From positions 1,088,001 to 1,152,000 of the forward strand of contig OZ241863.1 in the NCBI GenBank assembly GCA_965203055.1: 64,000 nucleotides of DNA, in the 5' to 3' direction. This stretch comes from Spirochaetia bacterium. GTDB taxonomy: Bacteria; Spirochaetota; Spirochaetia; SZUA-6; Bin103. Shown piece after piece: positions 1 to 12,126 of this stretch. Position 1 is the first letter of the stretch; each line of letters opens with the position of its first letter. The position numbers and the translations under genes were made by a program. Under the pieces are notes generated by a model that was given only the letters and a program-made list of their open reading frames with translations, was not told the DNA's origin and ran no database searches.

Positions 1-298
1 CCTGCAGCACCAGGGGGTAGGTCTCGACCCGCTGGGAGCCCACCTGGACCTGCAGCTCGTAGGTGTCGCCGACCGTCATGCGGTAGCGGGTGTCGCTGAG
101 GATGCGCTGGCGCAACGTGCGCGCGTCTCCGCTGATGGCGCCCAGCGGCATCTGCTGGCGGAATTGCGCTTCGCCGCCGGCGCCCGCGGCGGCGTCCTGG
201 TTCTGGCCGGCGAGCGGGAGCGCGGCCGCCAGCAGCGCCGCGGCGGCCGCGGCCAGGCGCCGCGCCACGGCGGCCGGCGGATGGCGGGTCGGGGACAT
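1..298 (-). CDS. Secreted protein, partial (runs off left edge); possibly polysaccharide export/SLBB family
   Basis: ATG at 298; Ala/Leu signal peptide (RRLAAAAAALLAAALPLAG) then YRMTVGDTYELQVQV, resembling the Poly_export start motif. Confidence 0.45.
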   Translation of the reverse strand, partial: MSPTRHPPAAVARRLAAAAAALLAAALPLAGQNQDAAAGAGGEAQFRQQMPLGAISGDARTLRQRILSDTRYRMTVGDTYELQVQVGSQRVETYPLVLQ

Positions 299-387
299 CG
301 GGCGTGATCCTACTTGCTAGCGGCGCCCTCCGGCAACGGATCTACCGGCCGCCACCGGCCGCCGCTCCCGCGGCAGGGCCGGCGCGC

Positions 388-1503
388 TCAGCGGTTCCGC
401 GTCGGGTCCGCGGCGTCGCGCAAACCATCGCCTACGAAGTTGAAGCAGAGGATGGTAAGGAACACGAACAGGCCCGGGATCAGCAGCCAGGGAGACAGCG
501 CCAAGCTGCGGATGTTCTGCGCCTGTTGCAGGAGCACGCCCCAACTGACCACCGGAGCGCGCAGTCCGACGCCGATGAAGCTGAGCGCGGTCTCGCCCAG
601 GATCATGCCTGGTATCGCGAGGGTGAGGTGGACGATGAGGAAGCTCATGAAGCCCGGCAGCAGATGGCGCGTGATGGTGCGCAACTCGGTAGCGCCGGCG
701 ATCCTCGCCGCCAGCACGTAGTCCTCCACCCGGATCTGCAGCAGCTTGCCGCGCACTACCCGCGCCAGCCCGGTCCACCCCACTACGGAGAGAATGATGG
801 TGATCATGAAGTAGTTTGCGCGCGGATCCCACGCGCTGGGCACCGCCGCGGCCAGCGCCATCCACACCGGGATCGTGGGCAGCGCGCCGAGGAACTCGAT
901 CAGACGCTGGATCAGGGTGTCCGGCGGACCTCCCAGGTAGCCCGACAGCCCGCCGAGCAGGCAGCCGATCACGAAGCTGAGCGCCACGCCTACGAGCCCG
1001 ATCGACAGCGAGACCCGGGCCCCGGCCAGCGTGCGCGAGAACAGGTCGCGGCCCAGCCGGTCGGTCCCGAACAGGAACAGCGTGCCCGGTTCGTCCACGC
1101 TCACGAAGCGCAGCGTGGAGCGAAACAGCCCCAGCAGGCGGTAGGGGGCGCCCGGCCTGAAGAAGCGGAGCGGATAGAGGGTCGCGCCATCCTCGACGTA
1201 GCTCCGGCGGTAGGTCTCGGGGTCGCGCGCAATCTCCAGTCCGTAGACGAAGGGCCGCCGCAGCCTGCCGTCGTGGAACAGCCGGATCCGCTGCGGCGCC
1301 GCCAGCGAATGGTCCGGGAAGCGCCGCAGCGTGTCGTAGGTGGAGAAGAAGCCGGTGAACAGGAAGCCGACCAGGTAGAACAGCAGCAGCACGCTGCCAC
1401 CGGCGAGCGCCAACCTGTGCTTGAAGAAGTTGCGCCGCAGCAGCGTCCAACTGGAGGCCGCGTAGTAGCGCTCCTCGTCCCGGGTCCGGCGCCGCCGGAT
1501 CAC
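388..1503 (-). CDS. ABC transporter permease, DppC/OppC family
   Basis: LFGTDRLGRDLFSR, EDYVLAARIAGA, GDGLRDAADP motifs; GTG at 1503 overlaps upstream TGA. Confidence 0.93.
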   Translation of the reverse strand: MIRRRRTRDEERYYAASSWTLLRRNFFKHRLALAGGSVLLLFYLVGFLFTGFFSTYDTLRRFPDHSLAAPQRIRLFHDGRLRRPFVYGLEIARDPETYRRSYVEDGATLYPLRFFRPGAPYRLLGLFRSTLRFVSVDEPGTLFLFGTDRLGRDLFSRTLAGARVSLSIGLVGVALSFVIGCLLGGLSGYLGGPPDTLIQRLIEFLGALPTIPVWMALAAAVPSAWDPRANYFMITIILSVVGWTGLARVVRGKLLQIRVEDYVLAARIAGATELRTITRHLLPGFMSFLIVHLTLAIPGMILGETALSFIGVGLRAPVVSWGVLLQQAQNIRSLALSPWLLIPGLFVFLTILCFNFVGDGLRDAADPTRNR

Positions 1504-2498
1504 GCGGTCGGCTCCCGCCCGAACCGAATGCGGGGATCGACCGCCACCAGCAACAGGTCCGATATCAGGAAGCCGATCACGGCGAGGGCGCCCAACAGCA
1601 TCACCAAGCTGCCGGCGAGGTACATGTCCTGCGACAGCTGCGCCTCCAGCAGCAGCGGCCCGACGGTCGGCAGTCCGACCACGATGGCGGTGAGCACGTC
1701 CGCCGAGATCAGATCGCGCAGCAGGCCCCCGGCGGAGCTCACCAGCGGGTTGATCGCGATGCGCAGCGGATACTTGAACAGCAGCCGGCCCTCGTCCAGC
1801 CCCTTGGCGCGCCCGGTCAGCACGTACTGCCGGCGCAGCTCGTCGAGCAGCGCCGCGCGCATCACGCGAATCACCCCGGCCGTCCCCGCGGTGCCGACCA
1901 CGATCAACGGAATCGACAGATGCTTGAGGAGGTCGAGGAGCTTGGCCGGGCTCCACGGCCCGAATTCGAACTCGGGCGAGAACAGACCGCCGACGCTCCA
2001 GCCGAGGTACCTGTAGGCCACGAACATCAGGACCAGCGCGAGCAGGAAGTTCGGCATCGCCAGGCCGATGAATCCGAACACGGTGAAGGCGTAGTCGGTA
2101 AACGAGTATTGATGCGTCGCGGAGTAGATGCCGATCGGTATGGCCAGCGCGTAGACCAGCAGCAGCGTCAGCGTCGTAAGGGTGAGCGTGAGCGCCAGGC
2201 GCCGGCCGATCAGTTGCGTGACCGGCTGGTTGTGGGCCAGTGAATCGCCCAGGTCGCCGCGCGCCAGGTTGCGCATCCAGAGGCCGTAGCGGTTGAGGAA
2301 CGGGAGCTTCAGGCCGTAGCGTTCCTCCAGCGTCCTGATCTCCTCCAGGTCCACCTGCACGCCGGCGGTGCGGAGTCGCTGAATCAGATGGTCGAGGTAG
2401 TTCCCCGGCGGCAGCTCGATGAGCGCGAAGCTGAAGAAGGAGAGCGCGAGCAACAGCGCCGCCATGTACAGCACCCGCCTGATGACATAGCTCAGCAT
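1500..2498 (-). CDS. ABC transporter permease, DppB/OppB family
   Basis: MLSYVIRR, LPPG, GDLGDS, YVLTGRAKGL, DPRIR motifs. Confidence 0.93.
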   Translation of the reverse strand: MLSYVIRRVLYMAALLLALSFFSFALIELPPGNYLDHLIQRLRTAGVQVDLEEIRTLEERYGLKLPFLNRYGLWMRNLARGDLGDSLAHNQPVTQLIGRRLALTLTLTTLTLLLVYALAIPIGIYSATHQYSFTDYAFTVFGFIGLAMPNFLLALVLMFVAYRYLGWSVGGLFSPEFEFGPWSPAKLLDLLKHLSIPLIVVGTAGTAGVIRVMRAALLDELRRQYVLTGRAKGLDEGRLLFKYPLRIAINPLVSSAGGLLRDLISADVLTAIVVGLPTVGPLLLEAQLSQDMYLAGSLVMLLGALAVIGFLISDLLLVAVDPRIRFGREPTA

Positions 2499-2527
2499 CT
2501 CCTGAGGGCCGGCGCCTCCGCCGCGCG

Positions 2528-4522
2528 TTACTCCCTGATGAACAGCTTGTCAGCCGAAGTAAGCAGATCTCCCGGCCAGATCGCCTCCGGTTTGTAGAAC
2601 GTCGGGTAGTTGGCGAGGCGGTTCTTGTAGATGCCCAGGGTAGGCAGAACCCCCACCGACCCGATCAGGAACAGGTGCTCGGCGTGGAGGTCGAATACCT
2701 TCTGGAATGCCTCCACGTACTCCGGGGATCCGTAGGCGCTGGTGCCCCAGGCGAGGACGGCGTCGTCCATCTCCCGCACCACCGGCGGCGGTTCTTCGCC
2801 CGGAATCTTGCCGTCGGCGAAGTCGTCCAGGGTCTTGGCGCCGCTCGCCAGGTCGCGCTCGGCCCTGATGTACGTGCCCCACTGGACGGCGTAGAAGCCG
2901 GAGTCGTACTCGGTCGCCTTGGCGGCGTCGGTGTACTCGCGGAACTCGGCCGAGCTGATGGTGTTGGTCAAGATGTTGTCGGTCCCGGCGTTGTGGCGCT
3001 GAAACAGATCGCCGCGGAACCGGATCTCGGTCTTCAGACCGACTGCCTCGAAGTGTTCCTTGTACAGCTCCAGCACCGGTACGTCGCCCTCGTTGTTGTG
3101 CTCCAGGAGCTGCAGGAACGGCGCGCCGTCCGGCTTGACGCGGAATCCGTCGCGGTCGCGCTCGGTCAACCCGATCTCGTCCAGCAGCGCGGCCGCCCGC
3201 TCGGGGTCGTGTTGCGCGTAGGCCTGCTCCCACTCCGGCTTGAACCAGGAACTGGTCGAGACGATCGTGGCCGAGCGCGGGGTGCCGACGCCGAAGAACA
3301 CCAGCTCGTTGATCTCGGCGCGGTTCAACGCCAGCGACAGCGCCCGGCGGAAGCGCACGTCGCGGTAGATCTGGCGGGTGAACGGATCCTCGTGGAACTG
3401 ATTGGGAATCAGCACGCTCGCGCCCACCACCGGCGCCGGGATCTGCACCACCCGATACTCCCCGGCGGCCTCGTTCTCCTTGTACAGGGTGAAGTTGTCG
3501 AAGCGGGTGCCAAGCACAGCGAAGTCCGCCTCGCCGGAGATGATCTTGAGGTGGTAGGTCTCCGGTTCGACGATCTGGGCCTGGATGTGATCCACGTACG
3601 GCAGTTGGTTGCCCGCCGCGTCCACCTTCCAGTAGTAGGGGTTGCGCTCGTAGCGCTTGCCGGTGTCGGTGCGCTCGGTGAGGATCCAGGGATGGTGCGT
3701 GGGCTGCTCCAGGTCCTGCTGCGGGGCCCAGAAGAAGTGATGGTTGAACGCTTCGTCCCAGCTCTCGAACCCCTCCTCCCTGGCCACCGCGTCAGCCTCC
3801 GGGTTGTGGTTGATATGCCACTTCTTCAGGTAATGGAAGGGGTGAAACGCCTGCCATCCGCCGCCGGGCGGGCTGGCATGCTTGGCGAGCAGCGCGGGGT
3901 AGGGCTCGTCGGTTTCGAAGCGCACGGTGTAGTCGTCGATCTTGATCGCGCGCTTGATCTGCGGAATCCAGTTCCAGGTGGTGACCTTGTCGTTCCAGTG
4001 CGCGTCTTCATACATGAACACGAAGTCGTCGGCGGTCAGCGGGTGGCCGTCCGACCACTTGACGCCCTCGCGCAGGTAGAAGGTGACGCTCATCGCGTCT
4101 TCGGCCAGTTCGGCGCGCCGCACCAGCAGCGGCTCCAACGCGTTGGTGTCGGGGTTGGCGCGTATCACGTAGCCGCCGATCTCCGTCTCGTAGCCGAGGT
4201 CGGCCCACGGGTTGATGCTGGTGTGGAACACCGTGAGGGTGCCGCCGTAGGCGCCGATCTCGTCGCCGGCGGCGAAGTAGACCAGCGCGGGTTCCAGCGG
4301 CAGGCGCTCGTCGACCGGCGGCAGCTCGCCGGCGGCCACCATCGCGGCCAGCATCGGCGCCTCGTTGTAGCGCCCCATCGTCATGTCGGCCTCGGTCTCG
4401 GCCGCAGCGCTCTCTTCGCCCTGGCCGCCCGCGGCCACGGCTGCCAACGCCGGCAGCAGCCACAGCATACCGGCACCCATGATTGTCATTGTCCGAATTG
4501 TCATTGTCCGACCACTCCGCAT
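2528..4522 (-). CDS. ABC transporter substrate-binding protein, family 5
   Basis: EAPMLAAMVAAGELPPVDERLP, LREGVKWSDGHPLTADDF, RNPYYWKVDAAGNQLPYVD; signal peptide; start may be a few codons downstream. Confidence 0.92.
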   Translation of the reverse strand: MRSGRTMTIRTMTIMGAGMLWLLPALAAVAAGGQGEESAAAETEADMTMGRYNEAPMLAAMVAAGELPPVDERLPLEPALVYFAAGDEIGAYGGTLTVFHTSINPWADLGYETEIGGYVIRANPDTNALEPLLVRRAELAEDAMSVTFYLREGVKWSDGHPLTADDFVFMYEDAHWNDKVTTWNWIPQIKRAIKIDDYTVRFETDEPYPALLAKHASPPGGGWQAFHPFHYLKKWHINHNPEADAVAREEGFESWDEAFNHHFFWAPQQDLEQPTHHPWILTERTDTGKRYERNPYYWKVDAAGNQLPYVDHIQAQIVEPETYHLKIISGEADFAVLGTRFDNFTLYKENEAAGEYRVVQIPAPVVGASVLIPNQFHEDPFTRQIYRDVRFRRALSLALNRAEINELVFFGVGTPRSATIVSTSSWFKPEWEQAYAQHDPERAAALLDEIGLTERDRDGFRVKPDGAPFLQLLEHNNEGDVPVLELYKEHFEAVGLKTEIRFRGDLFQRHNAGTDNILTNTISSAEFREYTDAAKATEYDSGFYAVQWGTYIRAERDLASGAKTLDDFADGKIPGEEPPPVVREMDDAVLAWGTSAYGSPEYVEAFQKVFDLHAEHLFLIGSVGVLPTLGIYKNRLANYPTFYKPEAIWPGDLLTSADKLFIRE

Positions 4523-4667
4523 CGCGGATACCCCCTGATCGCCTGAAGGCGCCTGAAGACGGGCCGCGGCCGCGTGTCTGCGCCGCCGCGGCGTCCCCTC
4601 GGATCACCTGCTTGCGATGACTATAGCGCCATGCGGGGGCGGCCGCAACTCGCTACAATAGGCAACC

Positions 4668-5663
4668 GTGACAGCCAACCCGCACCCCGACGCCGCCCGC
4701 CAGATGGCCGCGGCCTGCTCCGACCTGCTGGAGAGCCTGGACGGCGCGCAACGCGCGCGCGCCTGCTATCCCTACCTCGACGGCGAACGCCTGTTCTGGT
4801 ACTACCCGCCGTTGAACCGCCACGGACTGCCGCTGCTGGCCATGAGCGATGAGCAACAGCGGCTGGCGAAGCGGATCCTGGAGGCGGGGCTCTCCGAGAG
4901 CGGGTACGAGCAGGCGTGCGCGATCATCGACCACGAGCTGATCCTCGGCGAGCAGGAACGCGCCGCGGGACAGGTGCACTGGGCGCGCGACCCCGGGCGC
5001 TACTACTTCACCATCTTCGGCGACCCGCGCGGCGCCGACCCGTGGGGATGGCGCGCGGAGGGGCACCACCTGTCGCTCCACTTCAGCGTGTGGGGGCAGC
5101 GGGTAATCTCCACCACGCCGTTCTTCTTCGGCGCCAACCCGGCGGAAGTGCGCCACGGCCCCCGGCGCGGCCTGCGCATCCTGGCGCGGCGCGAAGACCT
5201 GGCCTTCGAGCTGATGGAGAGCCTCGACCGCGGCCAGCAGGCGAAGGCGATCATCTACGATCGGGCGCCGTATGACATTCTGACCTACAACAGCACCCGG
5301 GCGGTGCTGCCGCGTGAGGAGGGGCTGCCGGCGCAGCGCCTCGACGCCGCCCAGCAGGCGTTGCTCACCGCCCTGGTGGAGACCTACGTCGCGCAGGTGC
5401 GCAGCGACCTCGCCCGCCACAAGCTGGAGCATCTGCGGCGCGCCGGGATCGGGCATCTGCATCTGGCCTGGGCCGGCCCGGTGGCGCGCCGGGCCGGGGC
5501 CGGGGCAGGGCACTACTACCGCATCCACGGCGGCAACTTCCTGGTGGAGTTCGACAACTGCCAGGATCAGGCCAACCACGTGCACTCGGTGTGGCGCGAC
5601 CTGGAGAACGACTTCGCGCAGGACGTGCTGCGCGACCACCTGCTGCTGTACCACGCCCACTGA
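4668..5663 (+). CDS. DUF3500 domain protein
   Basis: YYFTIFGDP, WGWRAEGHHLSL, TPFFFGANP, NHVHSVWRDLENDF motifs; TACAAT 8 nt upstream. Confidence 0.85.
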   Translation: MTANPHPDAARQMAAACSDLLESLDGAQRARACYPYLDGERLFWYYPPLNRHGLPLLAMSDEQQRLAKRILEAGLSESGYEQACAIIDHELILGEQERAAGQVHWARDPGRYYFTIFGDPRGADPWGWRAEGHHLSLHFSVWGQRVISTTPFFFGANPAEVRHGPRRGLRILARREDLAFELMESLDRGQQAKAIIYDRAPYDILTYNSTRAVLPREEGLPAQRLDAAQQALLTALVETYVAQVRSDLARHKLEHLRRAGIGHLHLAWAGPVARRAGAGAGHYYRIHGGNFLVEFDNCQDQANHVHSVWRDLENDFAQDVLRDHLLLYHAH

Positions 5664-5696
5664 CCGGCGGCGCCGGCGCCGCGCTCGGCGCCGCGC

Positions 5697-6491
5697 TCAG
5701 CGGCGGCCGGCCGGCGGCGGGAGGCGCTGCCGCGGATCCTGGCGGTAGAATGCCCGGAGCTGGTCGTAGACGCCGGGGAACTGGCCGTGGAGCGCGCGCG
5801 GCTGCTCGAAGAACAGCTCGCTGGTGACGGCGAAGAACTCGGCCGGGCTTTCGGCGGCGTAGAAATCGACCGCGCCGCCGCGCCCGCGGCGTTCGTCGGC
5901 GCAGAGCCGCTCGTAGGCTTGGCCAAGCTCGCGCTGCCAGGCGCCCGGATCCATGCCGCGGTGCAGGGCCGGGCGGCCGTTCATGGCGCCGTCGAGCAGG
6001 TCCAGCTTGTGCGCGGCCTCGTGAATCACCACGTTGCAGCCGTCCCCCCAGCCCGACTCCTCGACGTCGCTCCACGACAGTACGATCGGTCCCTCGTCCC
6101 ACGCCTCGCCGGCCAGTTCCTCTTCCCACTCGCGTACCACCCCGCCGGCCTCGGTCTCCTCCAGATGCGCGGTGAATTCGCGCGGCACCAGCACGACGGT
6201 GTGCCAGCCGCGATACCAGTCGAAGCCCAGCCCGAGGATCGGCAGGCAGGCCTGGGCCGCTACCACCAGCCGGCAGGCCTCCGCGTCCTCTTTCAGGCCG
6301 CGCAGCTCGAACCGCTTGCGGCGCAGGAAGCGCCCGGCCAGCGCCTGCAGGCGGGCGTCCTCCGCGGGAGTGAGCCCGGCCAGAATCGGATGCTGCTCGC
6401 GGACCCAGCGCCACTGCGCCGCGGGCACCGCCGGGCGGCGCGGGCGCAGCCGGCGCCAGGGCCAGCGCCGCGGTGGTCGGGGCGCCGTCAC
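5697..6491 (-). CDS. mtfA: MtfA-like zinc peptidase (M90)
   Basis: AAQACLPIL, NVVIHEAAHKLD, YAAESPAEFFAVTSELFFE, FYRQDP. Confidence 0.85.
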   Translation of the reverse strand: MTAPRPPRRWPWRRLRPRRPAVPAAQWRWVREQHPILAGLTPAEDARLQALAGRFLRRKRFELRGLKEDAEACRLVVAAQACLPILGLGFDWYRGWHTVVLVPREFTAHLEETEAGGVVREWEEELAGEAWDEGPIVLSWSDVEESGWGDGCNVVIHEAAHKLDLLDGAMNGRPALHRGMDPGAWQRELGQAYERLCADERRGRGGAVDFYAAESPAEFFAVTSELFFEQPRALHGQFPGVYDQLRAFYRQDPRQRLPPPAGRR

Positions 6492-6501
6492 CGGCTGCGC
6501 C

Positions 6502-7431
6502 TCACCGCGCGCCGCGGCGCAGCGCGTAGCGGCGTTCGGCGTAGGCGGCGTCCTCCACCCACAGGCGGCGCGCCGCGGCCTGCATGCGGCCGCGTACCAG
6601 GCGCGCGGCGCGCCGCGCCAGCCGGAATCCGAACCGGTCGGACCAGGCCAGGGTCGCTTCGATGATGGCGCAGATTCCGGGCCGTACCGGCGTGGCGTGG
6701 GTCTCCACCACCGAGCCGGCGCCTTCGCCGTCGATGATGGTCATCACGATGGTGCGCGCGTCGGGGCAGTGGAAGCGCGCGTCCACCTCCACCCCCAGGC
6801 GCCGGGCGGCGCGGAACAGCACCCGCACCGTGATGCTGTCCGGCTGCTGCTCGATCACCTGCAGGCGGCCGAAGGAGTGGGCGTGAAAGTGGGTGCCGTG
6901 CCACGGATCGAGGCGGTTGGCGAGCACGTCTTGCGGTTCGCAGCGCGCCTCCATGCGGATCACCGCGTCGAGGAAGCTGGCGGGGCGGGCGCAGAGGTAG
7001 GGCGCCGGCGACGGCGCCTCGCCGGCGAGCCGCACCCAGAGCAGCACGCCGTCGTCGTGACTCGGCAGCGGGCGCCAGCCGCGGTGGCCGGCCGGCCCCA
7101 GCGCCAGGCCGTGCCACGGGCACACCACGCAGCCGTCGCGCAGCGCGCCGTCGGCCAGCGACGCCCCCAGATGGGGACAGGCGTTGGGGGCCACCAGGAG
7201 GCCCTCGGCGCCGCGCCACACCACCAGCTCGCGGCCGTCGATCCAGTAGCGGCGCGGGCGGTCGCCGATGGCGCGCGCCGCGTCGATCACGTGCCAGCCG
7301 CCGGACGGAAGCTGCAGGGCGCGGCGCAGCGCCTGTCCGATCCAGCGCGGATCGGACTGCTGCCAGTCCGGCTGCCGGGACTGCGCCGGCGCGCGGCGCG
7401 CCGGCGGGCGCCCGAAGCGGAAGCCGTTCAC
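6502..7431 (-). CDS. Rieske + DUF5914 protein (CrtV-like, carotenoid-cluster associated)
   Basis: Rieske motifs CPHLGA and CPWHG; NRLDPWHG; RLWVEDAAYAERRY; last crt gene of the operon. Confidence 0.8.
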   Translation of the reverse strand: MNGFRFGRPPARRAPAQSRQPDWQQSDPRWIGQALRRALQLPSGGWHVIDAARAIGDRPRRYWIDGRELVVWRGAEGLLVAPNACPHLGASLADGALRDGCVVCPWHGLALGPAGHRGWRPLPSHDDGVLLWVRLAGEAPSPAPYLCARPASFLDAVIRMEARCEPQDVLANRLDPWHGTHFHAHSFGRLQVIEQQPDSITVRVLFRAARRLGVEVDARFHCPDARTIVMTIIDGEGAGSVVETHATPVRPGICAIIEATLAWSDRFGFRLARRAARLVRGRMQAAARRLWVEDAAYAERRYALRRGAR

Positions 7432-9605
7432 GCGGCGCTCGCCGGCAGCAGGCCGCGCCGGCGGCCCGCGGCCACCGGTTCCGGCGCCAGCCCCCAGCGC
7501 TGCAGGATGGCGTTGGCGGCGGTGATCCCGGCGGTGGCCGCGCGCTCCATCAGCGCCGCGGGCTGCGCCAGGCGCACGAAGTCGCCGGCCAGATACACGC
7601 CGGGGTGGGGGGTAGCGACTCCCGGCCGCTCGGCGTAGGAGCCGGGGGCGAACGCCGGGCAGTCGCGGCGCAGGAGGAACACGTCGTCCAGCGCCTGCGC
7701 GGCGCGGGTTTCGGGGTAGAGTCGGTGCAGGCCGCGCAGCATCATGCTCTTGAGCTGCGCTTCGGGCGCGGCCTCGGGTACCGCGTAGGCGTGCAGCTCC
7801 ACCACCGAGCCGCCATGGGCCTCGGCCCAGGCGCGGCTCTCATCCTCGAACAGGTGGAACAGGGAGATGTTGTCGAGCAGCGGAACCCCGGCGGTGCCGG
7901 CAAACGGCGCGCGCCCGGCGGCGGTGGGGCGGTCCAGCCACAGGCGCCACACCGCGAACGGCAGCGTTACCTCAAGGCGGTCGAGGCGGGCCGCCCACGG
8001 TCCGGCGGCGAACGGGGTGTCGGGGAGCAGGCGCTGCAGCCCGGGCACGTCCATGGCCAGCACCAGGGCGTCCCCGGCGACCCGATTACCGGGGCCGGCG
8101 GTGACTTCCCAGCGCTCGTGCGCGCGCCGCACGGCGCGCGCCGCGGCGCCGGTCCGCACGCCGGCCCCGAGGCTCTCCAGATAGCGCTTCATCGGTTGCC
8201 AGAGCGCGGTCGAGAAGGGCGCGTTGACGACGTCGAAGAGCAGTCCCTCGGAGTTGCCCATGAAGTAGAAGTGGAACATCATGAGCAGTTCGGCGGCCGA
8301 CATCCCGCTCTCCGGGTTGAAGAAGGAGTGCGCGAACACGTCGAACAGCATGCGCCGCGCCGGCGGCGGAAAGCGCAGCGAATCGAGGTAGGCGGCGGCG
8401 GAGCGGGCGTCGTGCCGGCGGTAGGTGTGGAACTGGTCGAAGGCCAGCATCGCCAGCGCCTGCCGCAGGTCGACCCGGCGCAGCGCCGGCAGGGTCAGTT
8501 CGGGGGTGCGCCGGGTCAGGGCGATGAAGTTCCACGGCGCCCGCCGCGGGAGCCCGGCGAAGGACCGGCGGGCGCCGTCCGGGCCGAGGATCGGATAGTC
8601 CGGCAGGGGAGTCAGCACGCCGAGATCGGGCGAAACGCGCCGCAGCAGGCGGCGCAGGTTGTGATACTGGCGGAAGAACGCGTGGAAGCCGCGCGCCATC
8701 CGCACCGTCTCGCCGGTGGCCAGCGCGCGCGGAAAGGCGCCGGCGCGGCCGCCGAGGAACGGTTCCCGTTCCAGCAGGGTGGTGGCAACGCCGCGCTCGG
8801 CCAGGACCGCGGCCGCGGCCACCCCGGCGATGCCGCCGCCGACCACCACCGCGCTGCGGGCGGGGATTCGCCCCGCGCCGGCGCGGGGCGGGCGCGGCTG
8901 CGGGCGGGCCGGCCGCTGCGCCAGGAAGGAATGCACGATGCCGCGCCGCCAGCCGCCCATCGGCATGGTGCGCACCGCGCCGAAGCCGGCCGCGCGCAGC
9001 CGCCGCTCGAAGGCGGCCACGCTGTCGAAGGCCAGCACGCTGCGGCGCAGGTAGCTGAACAGGCCGGCGTCGCCGGCGAGGAGGCGCGCCAGCGGGGTGA
9101 CGATCAGGGTGGTCACGGCGCGCCACGCCGCGCGCGCCCGGCGCGAGCCGGCGACCGAGTACTCGTGGAAGCAGACCGGCGCTCCCGGCGCCAGCAGGCC
9201 TCGCACCGCGGCCAGACAGGCGCCGCGGGCCGCGACGTTGCGGATGCCGTAGGCCATCAGGATGCCGTCGAACTCCCCCTCCACCCCCGCGCCGCGCGGA
9301 TCCGTCGCGTCGCCGTGCAGGAACGTGACGCCGGCCAGCTCGGGCCGGAAGCGCGCCACCTGCAGCATGTCGGCGGCGGCGTCGAGGCCCACCAGGGTAG
9401 CGTGCGGGTAGACCGCGCGCAGCGCCAGCGTCGACTGGCCGGTGCCGCAGCACAGGTCGAGGATGCGCGCCTCCGGCGCCAGGCGCAGGCGCCGGGCGCT
9501 CAGCAGCAGGTCGCGCCGGTAGCCGGGATTGAGCGCCGTCAGCCGGTCGTAGGCGCCGGCCACGCGGTTGAAGCGGGCGGCCAGCTCGGCCGCGCGGCCG
9601 GTCAC
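7428..9605 (-). CDS. crtU: Fused class I SAM methyltransferase (CrtT/UbiE-like) + CrtU-like FAD-dependent carotenoid aromatase
   Basis: GTG at 9605 overlaps crtB stop; N-half ILDLCCGTG, AYGIRNV; C-half VVVGGGIAG, RGFHAFFRQYHN, SAAELLMMFHFYF, ALMERAATAG; no stop between halves. Confidence 0.8.
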   Translation of the reverse strand: MTGRAAELAARFNRVAGAYDRLTALNPGYRRDLLLSARRLRLAPEARILDLCCGTGQSTLALRAVYPHATLVGLDAAADMLQVARFRPELAGVTFLHGDATDPRGAGVEGEFDGILMAYGIRNVAARGACLAAVRGLLAPGAPVCFHEYSVAGSRRARAAWRAVTTLIVTPLARLLAGDAGLFSYLRRSVLAFDSVAAFERRLRAAGFGAVRTMPMGGWRRGIVHSFLAQRPARPQPRPPRAGAGRIPARSAVVVGGGIAGVAAAAVLAERGVATTLLEREPFLGGRAGAFPRALATGETVRMARGFHAFFRQYHNLRRLLRRVSPDLGVLTPLPDYPILGPDGARRSFAGLPRRAPWNFIALTRRTPELTLPALRRVDLRQALAMLAFDQFHTYRRHDARSAAAYLDSLRFPPPARRMLFDVFAHSFFNPESGMSAAELLMMFHFYFMGNSEGLLFDVVNAPFSTALWQPMKRYLESLGAGVRTGAAARAVRRAHERWEVTAGPGNRVAGDALVLAMDVPGLQRLLPDTPFAAGPWAARLDRLEVTLPFAVWRLWLDRPTAAGRAPFAGTAGVPLLDNISLFHLFEDESRAWAEAHGGSVVELHAYAVPEAAPEAQLKSMMLRGLHRLYPETRAAQALDDVFLLRRDCPAFAPGSYAERPGVATPHPGVYLAGDFVRLAQPAALMERAATAGITAANAILQRWGLAPEPVAAGRRRGLLPASAA

Positions 9606-10566
9606 GGCAGCTCCAGTTCGGCGAAGCGCAGCAGCCGCCGGGGCGGGCGGAACCGCCCGCGCCCGGCGCGCACGCGCGCCGGCGCCTCCCGCGCGCCGGC
9701 CCAGGCGGCCGCGGCCGCGGCGCGCAGCTTGCCGGCGAGGGGCACCACCGCGCGCCCGGCGGTGACGTCGCAGCCGGCCGCCCGAATCCGGCCGCCGATG
9801 GCGGCGTAGATGCCGCGCGCGGAGCGGATCGCCAGCGCCGCCCGCCACGGCAACGCCGGGAACCCCTCCTCCGCGGAGCCGTAGAACCGCGCCGCCAGCT
9901 CCAGCAGCCGGGCGACCACCGGGCGCAGGGGGTCACGCGCGGCCGGCGGGAACGGACCGCCGAGCAGCGCCGGCAAGTGCCCGAGATGCGCCGCCTGCAG
10001 CAGGGTGCGCGGCAGGTAGAGCCGCCCCAGGTCCCAGTCCTCCACCACGTCGCGGCAGATGTTGGTGAGCTGCATCGCCATGCCGAGCCGCGCCGCGGCG
10101 TGCAGCGCGGCATCGCGGCGCAGGCCCATCACCTGCGCCATCATCAGGCCGACGGTGCCGGCGACCCGGTAGCAGTAGTGCAGCAGGGTGTGTTCGTCGT
10201 CATAGGTCGGGCGCTCCAGGTCCATCCGCATCCCGGCCAGCAGCTCGCGCGGATAGTGCCACGGCAGGCCGGTGGCGCGGGCCACCCTGCCGAAGGCGTC
10301 GAGCGCGGCATCGCCGGTGGCGGCGCCCGCGGCCAGCCGCTCCAGCTCGCGTTGCAGGGCGGCCAGGGCGGCCGGGCGCGCGGCCGGCGGGCTGCGGTCG
10401 ATCGCGTCGTCAGCCCGCCGGCACCACGCGTACACCACCAGCGCGCCGTTCCGGCAATGGCGCGGCAGGAGGCGCGCGGCCAGCGCGAAGCTCTTCGAGC
10501 CGGCGGCGATGCGGCGCCGGCAGTCGGCCGCCACCGCCGGCGGGACGGCGCGGGACGCGGCGCGGC

Positions 10567-10570
<4 letters not shown>
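9602..10570 (-). CDS. crtB: Phytoene synthase
   Basis: GSKSFALAARLL, YAWCRRADDAID, YCYRVAGTVG, QLTNICRDVVED, GRLYLP; ATG overlaps crtI stop. Confidence 0.95.
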
Positions 10571-12122
<1,552 letters not shown>

Positions 12123-12126
<4 letters not shown>

